Positions 8,325 through 17,290 of a DNA stretch of 64,000 nt are shown piece after piece. Positions within the stretch are counted from its first letter, which is position 1. Every line of letters begins with the position of its first letter. Made by a program: the position numbers and the translations under genes. The DNA is taken from NCBI GenBank assembly GCA_041654895.1, contig JBAZCR010000002.1:8435-72434 (forward strand). Direction: 5' to 3'. The notes below the pieces were generated by a model. That model did not search any database. It saw nothing but the letters and a program-made list of their open reading frames with translations, and was not told where the DNA came from. The stretch comes from Candidatus Pacearchaeota archaeon (GTDB taxonomy: Archaea; Nanobdellota; Nanobdellia; Pacearchaeales; GW2011-AR1).

Positions 8325-8840
8325 ATGGGATTATTATATATTAAAAGATTTAATGCACTTGACATAGCTAGAAGTGTAGAAGCATTATTGTCTGAAGCTA
8401 AAAAAGAATTATTAATTGATGTTCAACCAGTATTAATTCCTAAAAATTATAATCCGGATATTGTTTTTATTGATTCTTTATCAAGTATTTCCAGTGCTTT
8501 TTCAGGAGAAGGATCAAGATTTAGAATATATATGGAACAATTATTTAGATATTTAGAATCACATAAAATTACTTCTTTTTTGATTAGAGAAGTTTCAAAC
8601 CCAACACACATTGGTGGAACATTTGTAGAAGAGGGATCTGCAGTTTCTTTTCTAAGTGATGGTATTATTGTACTTTACAATGTGTTCTATAAAGTAGGAT
8701 ATAGAAAAAGAGCAATAGAAGTACTAAAAATGAGAGGTTCAAATATTAATAGAAAAATTGTAGAATTTGATATACAAAAGAAAAAAGGACTAATAATATA
8801 CCCAAACAAAATGCTGAAAGGAAATTATGTACTAACATAA
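8325..8840 (+). pseudogene. RecA-superfamily (KaiC/RadB-like) ATPase lacking the Walker A region; probably truncated
   Basis: The C-terminal KaiC-like signature is present (IVFIDSLSSI Walker B-like; AIEVLKMRGSNINRKIVEFDIQKKKGLIIY). The frame opens only at 8283, after a TAA, so the P-loop part is missing. Confidence 0.45.
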
Positions 8841-8845
8841 AAAAA

Positions 8846-10237
8846 TTAATCAAAAATATTCTTTAAAATATTATTCCTTTTTTCTTCAGCAATACAACTT
8901 TGACAAATTTTACTATTATTCTCACTAAAACCAAAGAATTTCTCTTGTGTTAATCTATGACATTTACTACAGGCTCTTAAACAATTAAAACAAAAGTCTT
9001 CACTACTAATAAAATCTTTTCTGATATGATCATTACAAACAAAATTACCACATCCAGAACACTTTTGAATGCAATCTTTACAGAATTCTCTCCCACAAAT
9101 ATAACATTTTTTAGTTATACATCTTTCACAAATAATTTTATTACAAGAATGGCATTTTTTGATACAATTTTTACAAATTAAATGTCCTCCTGAACATAAA
9201 GTAATGTTATTTAAAGAAGAGTTACACGAATCACACCTTAAGCCTTCAAAATCTTTTGTTAAGGGATTAAAGGAAACTTGAACATTTTTCTTTATAGTTT
9301 CGTTATCTAAAAAAAGATTAAAAATAAAAATTGGATAATAAATAATTGTGGTGTTTAGTAATTTATTACTTAAATTTAAACTAAACTTTTGTTGAGCATC
9401 TTTAATGCTGAAGTTTTTTTCTTTTATGATTTTATCTTTAGATTCATTATTAGAAATTTTAATTAAATCACTTTTTAACTTGGAGATTTTAGATATCAAA
9501 ACTTCTTTTTTCTCACCTTCACTTAACCTTGCTTTTAATTCCAAATCTTTAACTTTTTCAATAGAGTTATTTAGTTCATTACTATATTCATTTAATCTCG
9601 TATTATAATATTTATTTATTCTCTCAATTTCCTTATTTAATTCTGAAGATAATTTTAAGCTTAAATCATCTTTCTTATCTTTAATTAAATTAGATAAAGA
9701 TGACTTTGCAATTTCATAATCTTTTTTTAAATTCTTAGGATTAATCTCATCTAAATTTCCTTCAATCACATTATATCCACTTAAATCACCGTCAACAACA
9801 ACTCCTTCATGAACATAGATTTCATTTATTAATTGTTCTTTCTCATTTAGAAAACAAAAAGTTGTTAAAAAACTAAATCTTGAGAAGAAATTATTTTTAT
9901 TTTTCTTAATTATATTATTAATTTTACAATTATTAAGAGACAAATACTTTTTTATTTCAACAATAGGATCAACATTAAAATCAATTTTTAATAAAGTTGT
10001 CTTTCCAACGCTGTCTAAATATTTTTCTATATATCTTAATAAACTTGAATGTTTATCTATAAAATCACAATTCTCTTTTTTTTCAATAAAACTAATTCTC
10101 AAGGGGTTTTCCTTAAAAAGTAAATCTAAAAAAGATTTTGGAATATTTTCAATAGTATAGATTTCACCTTCACAATTAATTTTACAATTTAATTTAGTAA
10201 AAAAACTAAGAACAAATTCTTTTATTTCATCAACCAT
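8846..10237 (-). CDS. Hypothetical protein: N-terminal globular domain, central coiled coil, C-terminal array of CxxC zinc-ribbon-like motifs
   Basis: The C-terminal ~130 aa carry at least 10 CxxC pairs (CDSCN...CKNCIKKCHSCNKIICERCITKKCYICGREFCKDCIQKCSGCGNFVC...CFNCLRACSKCH...CQSC). The middle is heptad-like and K/E/L/S-rich. Confidence 0.6.
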   Translation of the reverse strand: MVDEIKEFVLSFFTKLNCKINCEGEIYTIENIPKSFLDLLFKENPLRISFIEKKENCDFIDKHSSLLRYIEKYLDSVGKTTLLKIDFNVDPIVEIKKYLSLNNCKINNIIKKNKNNFFSRFSFLTTFCFLNEKEQLINEIYVHEGVVVDGDLSGYNVIEGNLDEINPKNLKKDYEIAKSSLSNLIKDKKDDLSLKLSSELNKEIERINKYYNTRLNEYSNELNNSIEKVKDLELKARLSEGEKKEVLISKISKLKSDLIKISNNESKDKIIKEKNFSIKDAQQKFSLNLSNKLLNTTIIYYPIFIFNLFLDNETIKKNVQVSFNPLTKDFEGLRCDSCNSSLNNITLCSGGHLICKNCIKKCHSCNKIICERCITKKCYICGREFCKDCIQKCSGCGNFVCNDHIRKDFISSEDFCFNCLRACSKCHRLTQEKFFGFSENNSKICQSCIAEEKRNNILKNIFD

Positions 10238-10279
10238 CTTAGAAAAAATAAAACTTTGTTTTTAACTATTATGATTGGG
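10229..10279 (-). repeat. 51-bp promoter/start element, copy 1 (identical to 21964..22014)
   Basis: ATCAACCATCTTAGAAAAAATAAAACTTTGTTTTTAACTATTATGATTGGG is identical at both loci by direct comparison. On the minus strand it supplies an AT-rich TATA-like stretch plus ATG GTT GAT (MVD). Confidence 0.9.
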
Positions 10280-10288
10280 AGATTGATG

Positions 10289-10316
10289 GTAGACAGTTTA
10301 CGGTTTACTGTTCACA
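10289..10316. repeat. Heptad array A (GTAGACA GTTTACG GTTTACT GTTCACA)
   Basis: Four phased 7-mers of form GTnnACn sit in the 96-bp gap between the LamG-1 stop and the 51-bp element. The block is GC-richer than the surrounding DNA. Confidence 0.8.
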
Positions 10317-10333
10317 AGAGTCATTTGATTCTT

Positions 10334-12439
10334 TTACCATCGTCCTTTTTCATATAAAAGCTTAACTTCTTCGTTAGATAATTCTCTATTCCAGATTTTT
10401 ATATTGGATAATTGTCCATTTAAATAATACTGACTAGATGTTGAGTCTCTACCTATGTATAGCAAACTTGGACCAATACTATCTAAAGGTACATTCTCGA
10501 TAGTGGTTGTGTCCATTAATGTACCATCAATATATAATTTCATCCCCGTACCCGATTTTCTTGTTATTGTTATGTGTTTTAGCTCGTTAAGAGGCATAAT
10601 ATAAGAAGTTGTCCATCTGTATACACCCGCATGTTTTCCATAATCGATAGCAACTTTTTGTCCATATATAAAAACAAAAAGACTTGGATCTCCTCCACCC
10701 GTAGTAATCCTTTTAGTTAAAAATGCTGTTGCTGTTGGGCTATATGATAATACTCTTGTATAAAATGATATGGTTCCATCATCTAATGTATTTATTATTT
10801 GATTATCGCTTGTTATATAATCATTTACTCCGTCAAACACTGCCCCCTCATTTGTTATATTCACACCATTCATTAAAGTCCCATCATTTCCATACGGCGT
10901 CCTATCCGAAACTATCGTGCTTGACTTCATCCATTTTGTCGTCAATGGCATATCCAATATTAATCCTTTGTTTAAATTTCCTACACTTGCTTCTTTTGGT
11001 TTGTAAGAATCAAAAAGTAATTTTATTTCGTCTTCTGAAAGAGCTCGATTGTAAATACGAACATCGGAGATTGAGCCATCAGAATAATAAGTATTCCCAC
11101 CACCAATCACAAGATTATTCGTAACAGTTGTTGGATTTTTACAATTTGTATTTTCTTTTGTATCTTTTACACCATCAATATAAATATTCGCCTTTTGTAA
11201 TTCCTGATTATAAACGCCAACTATGTGATACCAAGTATTTGTAGATAATATTGTTTGGCTATCTAATTCTATACTGTTTGAAAAGGTACCTTTAAAACGA
11301 ACTTTATTCCCGTAGGTTGACAATACATAATTATTGCTAAACCATGAGCCGCTTGTACCTTTTGAAACAAATGTTGAATATGAGCCAAAAGAGTTCATCT
11401 TTACCCATACTGAAATGGTAAAACTACCAGTAAGCCCATTTACATTGCCATAATTTATATAATCATTACTTCCATCAAAACTTGTCGCTCCGTTGCTTTT
11501 GCCTTTTCTATCCTCAACTCCACCGATTGTAATCCCTCCTTGTGCTATTCCGTGATTTCCATAAGGAGTTAGGTCTTTTGCACCGTTTTCTGCATCTAGC
11601 ATCCAGTGTCCGACTAGCCCTTTGTTTAAATCAGATGTTGAAGCTATTGGCTTGTAAGAATTAAAAAGTAATTTTATTTCGTCTTCACTAAGAGCTCGAT
11701 TGTAAATACGGACGTCGGAAATTGAACCTTTAAAAGCTATTTTTCTATCAGGTCTTAAATCTCCTATTGAAATATAATTTTGAGATATTGTATTACCCGC
11801 AATAAAGCTTTTATCTAAAACTCCATTTATGTAAATTTTTGATTCTCCTCCCTTAGTTGCTGATACCACTAAATTAACCCATACTCCAACAGAAAGATTA
11901 TCATAATTAGATTCTTCAAATGAACTAGTAGACGGAGAATAAGTATAAACTCTGAATTTAGTTCCTCTTACTAAAAACCAAATAGGATATGTTTTAGATG
12001 GAGAAGATGCGATAATGGTCCTACCATAATCCTCTATGATATCTAAACTGCTTGGTTTTAACCATACTGAAACAGTATAATCATCCCCATAAGTTAAATC
12101 TGCAGAAATAACATCATCTACTCCATCAAAATTTGTCGCTCCGCCACTTTTGCCTTTTCTATCTTCTGCTCCGCCAATTGTAACTCCGCCTTGTCCTGTT
12201 CCGTGGTTTCCATATGGAGTTAAATCTTTTGCGCCGTTTTCAGCATCCAACATCCAGTGTCCGACTAAACCTTTCTCTAATGAGGATACTTTTGTTGTAT
12301 TTATCCCAAAAAATCCTGTTGCTATGGTTACAGCGACAAAAGAAATTAATAAGATAGAAATAATTATCAATACTATGAGGTGTTTATGGTTTACTGTATA
12401 CTGTTTACTGCCAACCGTTAACCCTTTACCTCCCCCCAT
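10334..12439 (-). CDS. Membrane-anchored surface protein with multiple LamG/concanavalin-A-like lectin domains (LamG-1)
   Basis: Repeated modules run from FDG(V/S)(D/N)DYI, through a (V/A)W(V/L/I)K strand, to SISDVRIYNRALSEDEIKLLF. N-terminal signal anchor LIVLIIISILLISFVAVTIATGFF. The first ATG is at 12439; the track start at 12457 is a TTG. Confidence 0.7.
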   Translation of the reverse strand: MGGGKGLTVGSKQYTVNHKHLIVLIIISILLISFVAVTIATGFFGINTTKVSSLEKGLVGHWMLDAENGAKDLTPYGNHGTGQGGVTIGGAEDRKGKSGGATNFDGVDDVISADLTYGDDYTVSVWLKPSSLDIIEDYGRTIIASSPSKTYPIWFLVRGTKFRVYTYSPSTSSFEESNYDNLSVGVWVNLVVSATKGGESKIYINGVLDKSFIAGNTISQNYISIGDLRPDRKIAFKGSISDVRIYNRALSEDEIKLLFNSYKPIASTSDLNKGLVGHWMLDAENGAKDLTPYGNHGIAQGGITIGGVEDRKGKSNGATSFDGSNDYINYGNVNGLTGSFTISVWVKMNSFGSYSTFVSKGTSGSWFSNNYVLSTYGNKVRFKGTFSNSIELDSQTILSTNTWYHIVGVYNQELQKANIYIDGVKDTKENTNCKNPTTVTNNLVIGGGNTYYSDGSISDVRIYNRALSEDEIKLLFDSYKPKEASVGNLNKGLILDMPLTTKWMKSSTIVSDRTPYGNDGTLMNGVNITNEGAVFDGVNDYITSDNQIINTLDDGTISFYTRVLSYSPTATAFLTKRITTGGGDPSLFVFIYGQKVAIDYGKHAGVYRWTTSYIMPLNELKHITITRKSGTGMKLYIDGTLMDTTTIENVPLDSIGPSLLYIGRDSTSSQYYLNGQLSNIKIWNRELSNEEVKLLYEKGRW
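12382..12430. repeat. Heptad array B (7 phased units) inside the first ~20 codons of LamG-1
   Basis: GTTTATG GTTTACT GTATACT GTTTACT GCCAACC GTTAACC CTTTACC. Confidence 0.8.
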
Positions 12440-12463
12440 CTCTGCATAATAATGCAAAGGTGC

Positions 12464-12471
12464 TATTTAAA
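12464..12471. promoter_or_regulatory. TATA-like element in the 47-bp divergent gap between LamG-1 and wHTH-1
   Basis: TATTTAAA lies 24 nt from the LamG-1 ATG (12439), a spacing that fits a leaderless transcript. It is the only TATA-like element in the gap. Confidence 0.35.
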
Positions 12472-12486
12472 GTTTTCAGTATAATT

Positions 12487-12708
12487 ATGCATATGTACAG
12501 AAAGTCCTTTCCAGAAATATTAATTCAAATAAATGACCTTCTAAAAAAGGAAAAAGAACTTTCTATAAATCAAATTGCCCTAAAACTTAAATCGCAATGG
12601 CGAACAGCTGAAAAATCTCTTGAAGTTTTAAAAAAATTAGGAATTGTTTCTGAAAAACCAAACAAAGAATCAAATAGGCAAGAAAGGATTTTTTATAGAC
12701 TAAAATAA
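12487..12708 (+). CDS. Small winged-helix DNA-binding protein (wHTH-1), divergent from LamG-1
   Basis: ELSINQIALKLKSQWRTAEKSLEVLKKLGIVSE...RIFYRL has an HTH + wing pattern. ATGs occur at 12487 and 12493; the track start at 12460 is a GTG. Confidence 0.5.
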   Translation: MHMYRKSFPEILIQINDLLKKEKELSINQIALKLKSQWRTAEKSLEVLKKLGIVSEKPNKESNRQERIFYRLK

Positions 12709-12715
12709 ATTATTT

Positions 12716-14089
12716 CTAATCCTTATTAATTGGAGTGGATTCATTTTCAGCGAAGAAAAATACTTTTTTAGATTCTTCAATACATGCAGTTTCATTAAAA
12801 TCAAATGAAATTTTAGCAGGAGGTAGTGAGAACTTACCTACAAATCCTACTCTTGAATAAACAATATAACTAAACATTCTTTCTTCTCCGCTATTTAAAT
12901 CTCCAATATCCCATTTTAATATTCTTTTTTCAATATCTACAAAATCAGGAGCATTAGATTTAAAATTATTATAGATTTTAACATTTAGTGGAACTCTATC
13001 AATTAAAACACCTTTTTCAATATCTTTTCTTGCTTTAACACTTAAATTAACCCTTAATGCAAACTCACCATTTTTTGTTTTAACAGATCTAACTGTCTTT
13101 TTAATATCAACTTTCTTCTCTAAATATTTCTTAACCATTAAACAAATAAAAATAATTAAACAAACAAAAATCAATGGATAAAAATAATTTGTCTTAATTT
13201 TAATATTATAAACATCTCCAGGATTTAACCTAAAAGACCATTCATAAACAAATAAAGAACCTTTTTTTTCTATTTTATTTGGCTCTTTATTAAAACTAGT
13301 AAATAATCCAGAAAACCAATTTTTCTCTTCAACTACTCTTATATCTTCAACAGTATTTCCAGAATTAATTTTATTTATGTTCTTTGTTTTAATTAAAAAT
13401 CCGCTCTTTTCATCTTGTGTAATTATTCCTTTTTTTTCACTTAAATATAGTTTTCCTTGAACTTCTTTTAGACCTGCTTCACTATCAAAAAAACAATCAA
13501 TTGAATAAACACCTGCCTTTGTTGTTTTAATTAATTCTTCACTAACATCTAATTCTATCTCTTTAATTTCATGTGCACTTAAATTAAAATCAGATTCAAA
13601 GTTAGATAAAATAGAATTACATTTCATATTTAAATTTTTAAAATTATAATTTTCCTTATTCTCAACATAAATTTTAACAATAGGTTCTTCAAAATCAATA
13701 AAATTTGATTCTATATTAATAACATCTTCAAAGTCAAAAATTCTTATTTTACCTAAAAATTTCTTTTGCTCTACGTCTTTATGATTAATATAATAATTAA
13801 ATAAATAATCTCCTCTTGTTTTAATTCTATCAAAAGGTGTAAATGTATAATTTAAAAGAACATTTTTATCTGTTAAATAATAAAAGTCACTAGGTTCAAT
13901 TAAAATATCAGATAAAGTATATACATTATAATAACCATATTCTAAATCACTTAAAGAAACAACAACATCAATATCACTTTCAAAACCAATAATATAAACA
14001 TCATTCTTAAAATCTGTCTCAACTAAGAATGCACTATTCAGACTTAAAAAAAATATTAGCAAAGTTAGTGATAAAAACAATCTTTTCAT
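12716..14089 (-). CDS. Hypothetical secreted/membrane-anchored protein
   Basis: Signal peptide MKRLFLSLTLLIFFLSLNSA and one TM helix (YPLIFVCLIIFICLMV). The C-terminal beta-rich segment has a W-x-IGDLNSGEE motif reminiscent of DUF11/CARDB-type folds. Confidence 0.5.
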   Translation of the reverse strand: MKRLFLSLTLLIFFLSLNSAFLVETDFKNDVYIIGFESDIDVVVSLSDLEYGYYNVYTLSDILIEPSDFYYLTDKNVLLNYTFTPFDRIKTRGDYLFNYYINHKDVEQKKFLGKIRIFDFEDVINIESNFIDFEEPIVKIYVENKENYNFKNLNMKCNSILSNFESDFNLSAHEIKEIELDVSEELIKTTKAGVYSIDCFFDSEAGLKEVQGKLYLSEKKGIITQDEKSGFLIKTKNINKINSGNTVEDIRVVEEKNWFSGLFTSFNKEPNKIEKKGSLFVYEWSFRLNPGDVYNIKIKTNYFYPLIFVCLIIFICLMVKKYLEKKVDIKKTVRSVKTKNGEFALRVNLSVKARKDIEKGVLIDRVPLNVKIYNNFKSNAPDFVDIEKRILKWDIGDLNSGEERMFSYIVYSRVGFVGKFSLPPAKISFDFNETACIEESKKVFFFAENESTPINKD

Positions 14090-14169
14090 ATAAGAAATAA
14101 TTATAAAAATTTTATAAAGATTGTTATAGTTAAATATTCATTAATCATCCTAACAGTTCAGTCATAACA

Positions 14170-14177
14170 TTTAAATA
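14170..14177 (+). promoter_or_regulatory. TATA box of ppsA
   Basis: TTTAAATA lies 24 nt upstream of ATG 14202, which suggests a leaderless or short-leader transcript. Confidence 0.4.
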
Positions 14178-14201
14178 TTCTGTAAAATATAAAATATAAA
14201 G

Positions 14202-16481
14202 ATGGGTGATACATACATAAAATGGCTTTCTGAGTTAAATAAAGAAGATATTAAACTCGCTGGGGGAAAAGGTGCCAATTTAGGTGAAATTTACAATTCA
14301 AAATTTCCTGTGCCATCTGCTTTTGTTATAACAACTGACGCCTTTTATTATTTTCTTAAAAAAACAAATTTAGAAGATTCTATAAAACAAATTCTTTCAA
14401 AAATTGACGTAGATGAAACATATAAATTACAAGAAAAAGCAAAAGAAATAAGGCAATTAATTATTGAAACAAAAATGCCAGAAGACCTAGAAAAGATAAT
14501 ATTAGAAGCATATGACCATTTCAATATTAGTTTAGATGATATAAGAGATTCTCCTGGCGCACTTGCAATATTAAGGTCAGCAAGAGAACCTGTCTTTGTT
14601 TCTGTAAGATCTTCAGCAACAGCAGAGGATTTAGGTGATGCAAGTTTTGCCGGTCAACAAGATTCTTTTATTAATGTTAAAGGAAATGATGAAGTTATTG
14701 AAAAAGTAAAAGCAGTTTTTGCATCTATTTTCACAGCTCGTTCAATATACTACAGAAAAAAGAAAGGCTTTGAAAGTTTAGTTGGAATTGCTGCTGTTGT
14801 TCAAAAAATGATTAATTCAGATAAATCTGGTGTAATGTTTTCAAAGCATCCTGTAAATGGAAAAGACGAAATATTAATTGAATCTGTTTGGGGACAAGGT
14901 GAAGGAATTGTATCTGGAAAAATAAAACCTGACCAACATATCGTAAATTTAGATTTAGAAATCACAGAAGAAAGAATCTCTGATAAAAAACTAGCAATTA
15001 TAAGAACTGCCTCAGGTCAAACAAAAACAATTGAGTTAACCAAAGAAAAGTCAAACCAAAAAGTTCTAAAAACTTATGAAATAAAACAATTATCTGAATA
15101 TGCTTTAAAATTAGAAGAATTATATCAATTCCCTCAAGATATAGAATTTGCAATAGAAGATGATGATATTTATATTTTACAAACAAGGCCTATAACCACA
15201 TTAAAGAACAAAAAAGAAGTGCAAGATATTGATGGTCAAATATTAACACAAGGTTTAGCTGCCTCTCCAGGTGTTGCATCGGGTATTGTGAAAATTGTTA
15301 ATTCTATGGATGACTTAGATAAGATAAAACAAGGAGATATTTTAGTAACAACAATGACAAATCCTGATATGGTTGTAACAATGCAAAAAGCAGCAGCAAT
15401 AGTAACTTCAGAAGGAGGAGTAACTGCTCATGCTGCAATTGTTTCAAGAGAAATGGGAATTCCTGCAGTTGTTGGAACACAAAATGCACTTGATGTTTTA
15501 GACGATGGAATGGAAATAACTGTAGATGGTTTTAATGGAAAAGTTTTTTCAGGTATAGCAGAAAATAGAAGTGTAGAAATAGAACCAATTGTTGAAACCA
15601 AAACCAAAATAAAAGTTATGGTAGATTTACCTCAATTTGCTAAAAGAGCAGCAAAAACAAAAGCATATGGCATTGGTTTAGTTAGATTAGAAGGATTAAT
15701 TTCTATTTCACAAAAACACCCTTTGGCTTATGAAAAAGAAGGAAATTTAAATGATTATAAAGAAATGTTAAAGCAAGGTTTAAAACAAATAGCAGAAGAA
15801 TTTATCTCAAAACCAATTTGGGTAAGAACAAGTGATATTAGAAGTGATGAATATTCTAATTTAGAAGGTGCACCAAAAGAAATAGAAAGAAATCCAATGT
15901 TAGGCTTTCATGGAATTAGGTTTTCATTAAAGCATCAGGAAATTTTTAAGTCAGAAATTCTTGCAGTAAAAGAGTTAGTAGAGTTAGGACATAATTTTGG
16001 TATAATGATACCCCAAGTTATTTCAGTTGATGAAGTAAAACAAACAAAAAAGATAATGGAAGAATTAGGTTGTCTTGGAAAAATAAAATTTGGTGTCATG
16101 GTTGAAACACCGGCAGCTAGTATTATTATAAAAGATATATGCAAAGAAGGAATAGATTTTATCTCTTTTGGTACTAATGATTTAACACAATATACTTTAG
16201 CAATTGACAGAGGAAACGAAGATGTGCAATATATTTATGACGAATTAAATTGGGCAATATTAAAACAAATAAGTAGAGTAATTCGAGAATGTAAAAAAAA
16301 TAATATTGAAACATCAATTTGTGGGCAAGCAGGTTCAAATAAAGAAATGGTAAAATTCTTAGTAAGAAATGGAATAGATTCAATATCTGTAAATGCCGAT
16401 GCTGCAAAAGAAATTTCTGAATATGTAAGGCAATTAGAAGAGGAACAAGAAAAAGAAACTTCTAATGATATTTTTGATTAA
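14202..16481 (+). CDS. ppsA: Phosphoenolpyruvate synthase (pyruvate, water dikinase)
   Basis: N-terminal ATP-grasp (LAGGKGANLGE), phosphohistidine swivel domain (TSEGGVTAHAAIVSREMGIPAVVG), C-terminal PEP-utilising domain (FISFGTNDLTQYTLAIDR). Confidence 0.93.
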   Translation: MGDTYIKWLSELNKEDIKLAGGKGANLGEIYNSKFPVPSAFVITTDAFYYFLKKTNLEDSIKQILSKIDVDETYKLQEKAKEIRQLIIETKMPEDLEKIILEAYDHFNISLDDIRDSPGALAILRSAREPVFVSVRSSATAEDLGDASFAGQQDSFINVKGNDEVIEKVKAVFASIFTARSIYYRKKKGFESLVGIAAVVQKMINSDKSGVMFSKHPVNGKDEILIESVWGQGEGIVSGKIKPDQHIVNLDLEITEERISDKKLAIIRTASGQTKTIELTKEKSNQKVLKTYEIKQLSEYALKLEELYQFPQDIEFAIEDDDIYILQTRPITTLKNKKEVQDIDGQILTQGLAASPGVASGIVKIVNSMDDLDKIKQGDILVTTMTNPDMVVTMQKAAAIVTSEGGVTAHAAIVSREMGIPAVVGTQNALDVLDDGMEITVDGFNGKVFSGIAENRSVEIEPIVETKTKIKVMVDLPQFAKRAAKTKAYGIGLVRLEGLISISQKHPLAYEKEGNLNDYKEMLKQGLKQIAEEFISKPIWVRTSDIRSDEYSNLEGAPKEIERNPMLGFHGIRFSLKHQEIFKSEILAVKELVELGHNFGIMIPQVISVDEVKQTKKIMEELGCLGKIKFGVMVETPAASIIIKDICKEGIDFISFGTNDLTQYTLAIDRGNEDVQYIYDELNWAILKQISRVIRECKKNNIETSICGQAGSNKEMVKFLVRNGIDSISVNADAAKEISEYVRQLEEEQEKETSNDIFD

Positions 16482-16548
16482 TTTTTATTAGTGTTTATCT
16501 ATTTTTTATCACAATTATTTTTAAAAAGAAGTTTTCATTTTGCAGAAA

Positions 16549-17217
16549 ATGGACAAATATCATATTGGAACACGACTTGCTGGTTATCCAAGAAACTACA
16601 TTAAAGATTTAGCTCTTTTTCTGGATGAAAAGTCTGGCAAACGTTTTTCTGAAAGAATTGTTCCACACTTAACTTTTATTCCTCCATTTATTATAGATAA
16701 TGAAGAAGAAGTAATTAATATTTTTAATTCAACACTCTCTAAGTTTAATAAAGATTTAACAACTTACAAAATTAATGGGTTTGGCTTTTTTACAAAACCT
16801 GAACCAGTTTTTTATGCAAATATTGAAAAAAACGAAAAAATAAATAAAATGATAAAATCGCTTGAAAATAATCTTGAAAATAAAATTACTTATCTTTCAG
16901 AGAAAATATCTGATATCGGCGAAACAAATAAGTATTTACATGTAACTGTTTCAAAAGATTTTAACCCAGAAGAATTCAACAATATAATTAGTTCAATTGA
17001 CGAATATACTAACAAATACAAATTTAGAGAAATGGAACATCCTTTATTTAGAATTTATCTTTTAAAAAATAAATATATCTTGCGAGAGCATAGTTTTGCC
17101 TTAGAAGAAAGTCTATATCAACCAAAAGCAAAAAGGCCATTTATATTTGAAGAAGATAAAGAAATATTTTCTAGAAAATCAGGATTAAAACTTTCATCTG
17201 ACGGAATGGTTAATTAA
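16549..17217 (+). CDS. 2H phosphoesterase superfamily protein (LigT/cyclic phosphodiesterase-like)
   Basis: Two HxT/Sx motifs at the expected spacing (HLTF at the N-terminal lobe, HVTV at the C-terminal lobe). The first ATG is at 16549. Confidence 0.55.
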   Translation: MDKYHIGTRLAGYPRNYIKDLALFLDEKSGKRFSERIVPHLTFIPPFIIDNEEEVINIFNSTLSKFNKDLTTYKINGFGFFTKPEPVFYANIEKNEKINKMIKSLENNLENKITYLSEKISDIGETNKYLHVTVSKDFNPEEFNNIISSIDEYTNKYKFREMEHPLFRIYLLKNKYILREHSFALEESLYQPKAKRPFIFEEDKEIFSRKSGLKLSSDGMVN

Positions 17218-17241
17218 CTTTACATATTGCGTTAGTCATTT

Positions 17242-17290
17242 GTTTATTGTTTACCGTTGACTGTCGACAGTTCACGGTTTACTGTTTACC
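17242..17290. repeat. Heptad array C (7 perfectly phased units) abutting the LamG-2 stop codon
   Basis: GTTTATT GTTTACC GTTGACT GTCGACA GTTCACG GTTTACT GTTTACC. It contains the palindrome ACTGTCGACAGT, and the last unit overlaps the stop codon at 17286-17288. Confidence 0.85.

Noticed and set aside
6461-10237. An integrated virus, plasmid or IS element.
   Set aside because: No integrase, transposase, capsid or replication gene, no flanking att-like repeats and no tRNA target. Only a weak accessory flavour (NTase, Zot-like ATPase, truncated KaiC-like gene).
8846-10237. Assignment of the 463-aa CxxC protein to the YqhG family of SNF2-associated proteins.
   Set aside because: The idea rests only on a vague resemblance of the first ~60 residues recalled from memory. 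The characteristic conserved motifs could not be identified, so it is kept as a hypothesis to test and not as an annotation.
17221-17290. The GC-richer heptad blocks as small structured RNAs (C/D-box sRNA, tRNA fragment).
   Set aside because: No C (RUGAUGA) / D (CUGA) box pairs and no cloverleaf-compatible stems. Strict 7-nt phasing fits a DNA-level repeat better. An RNA role is not excluded.
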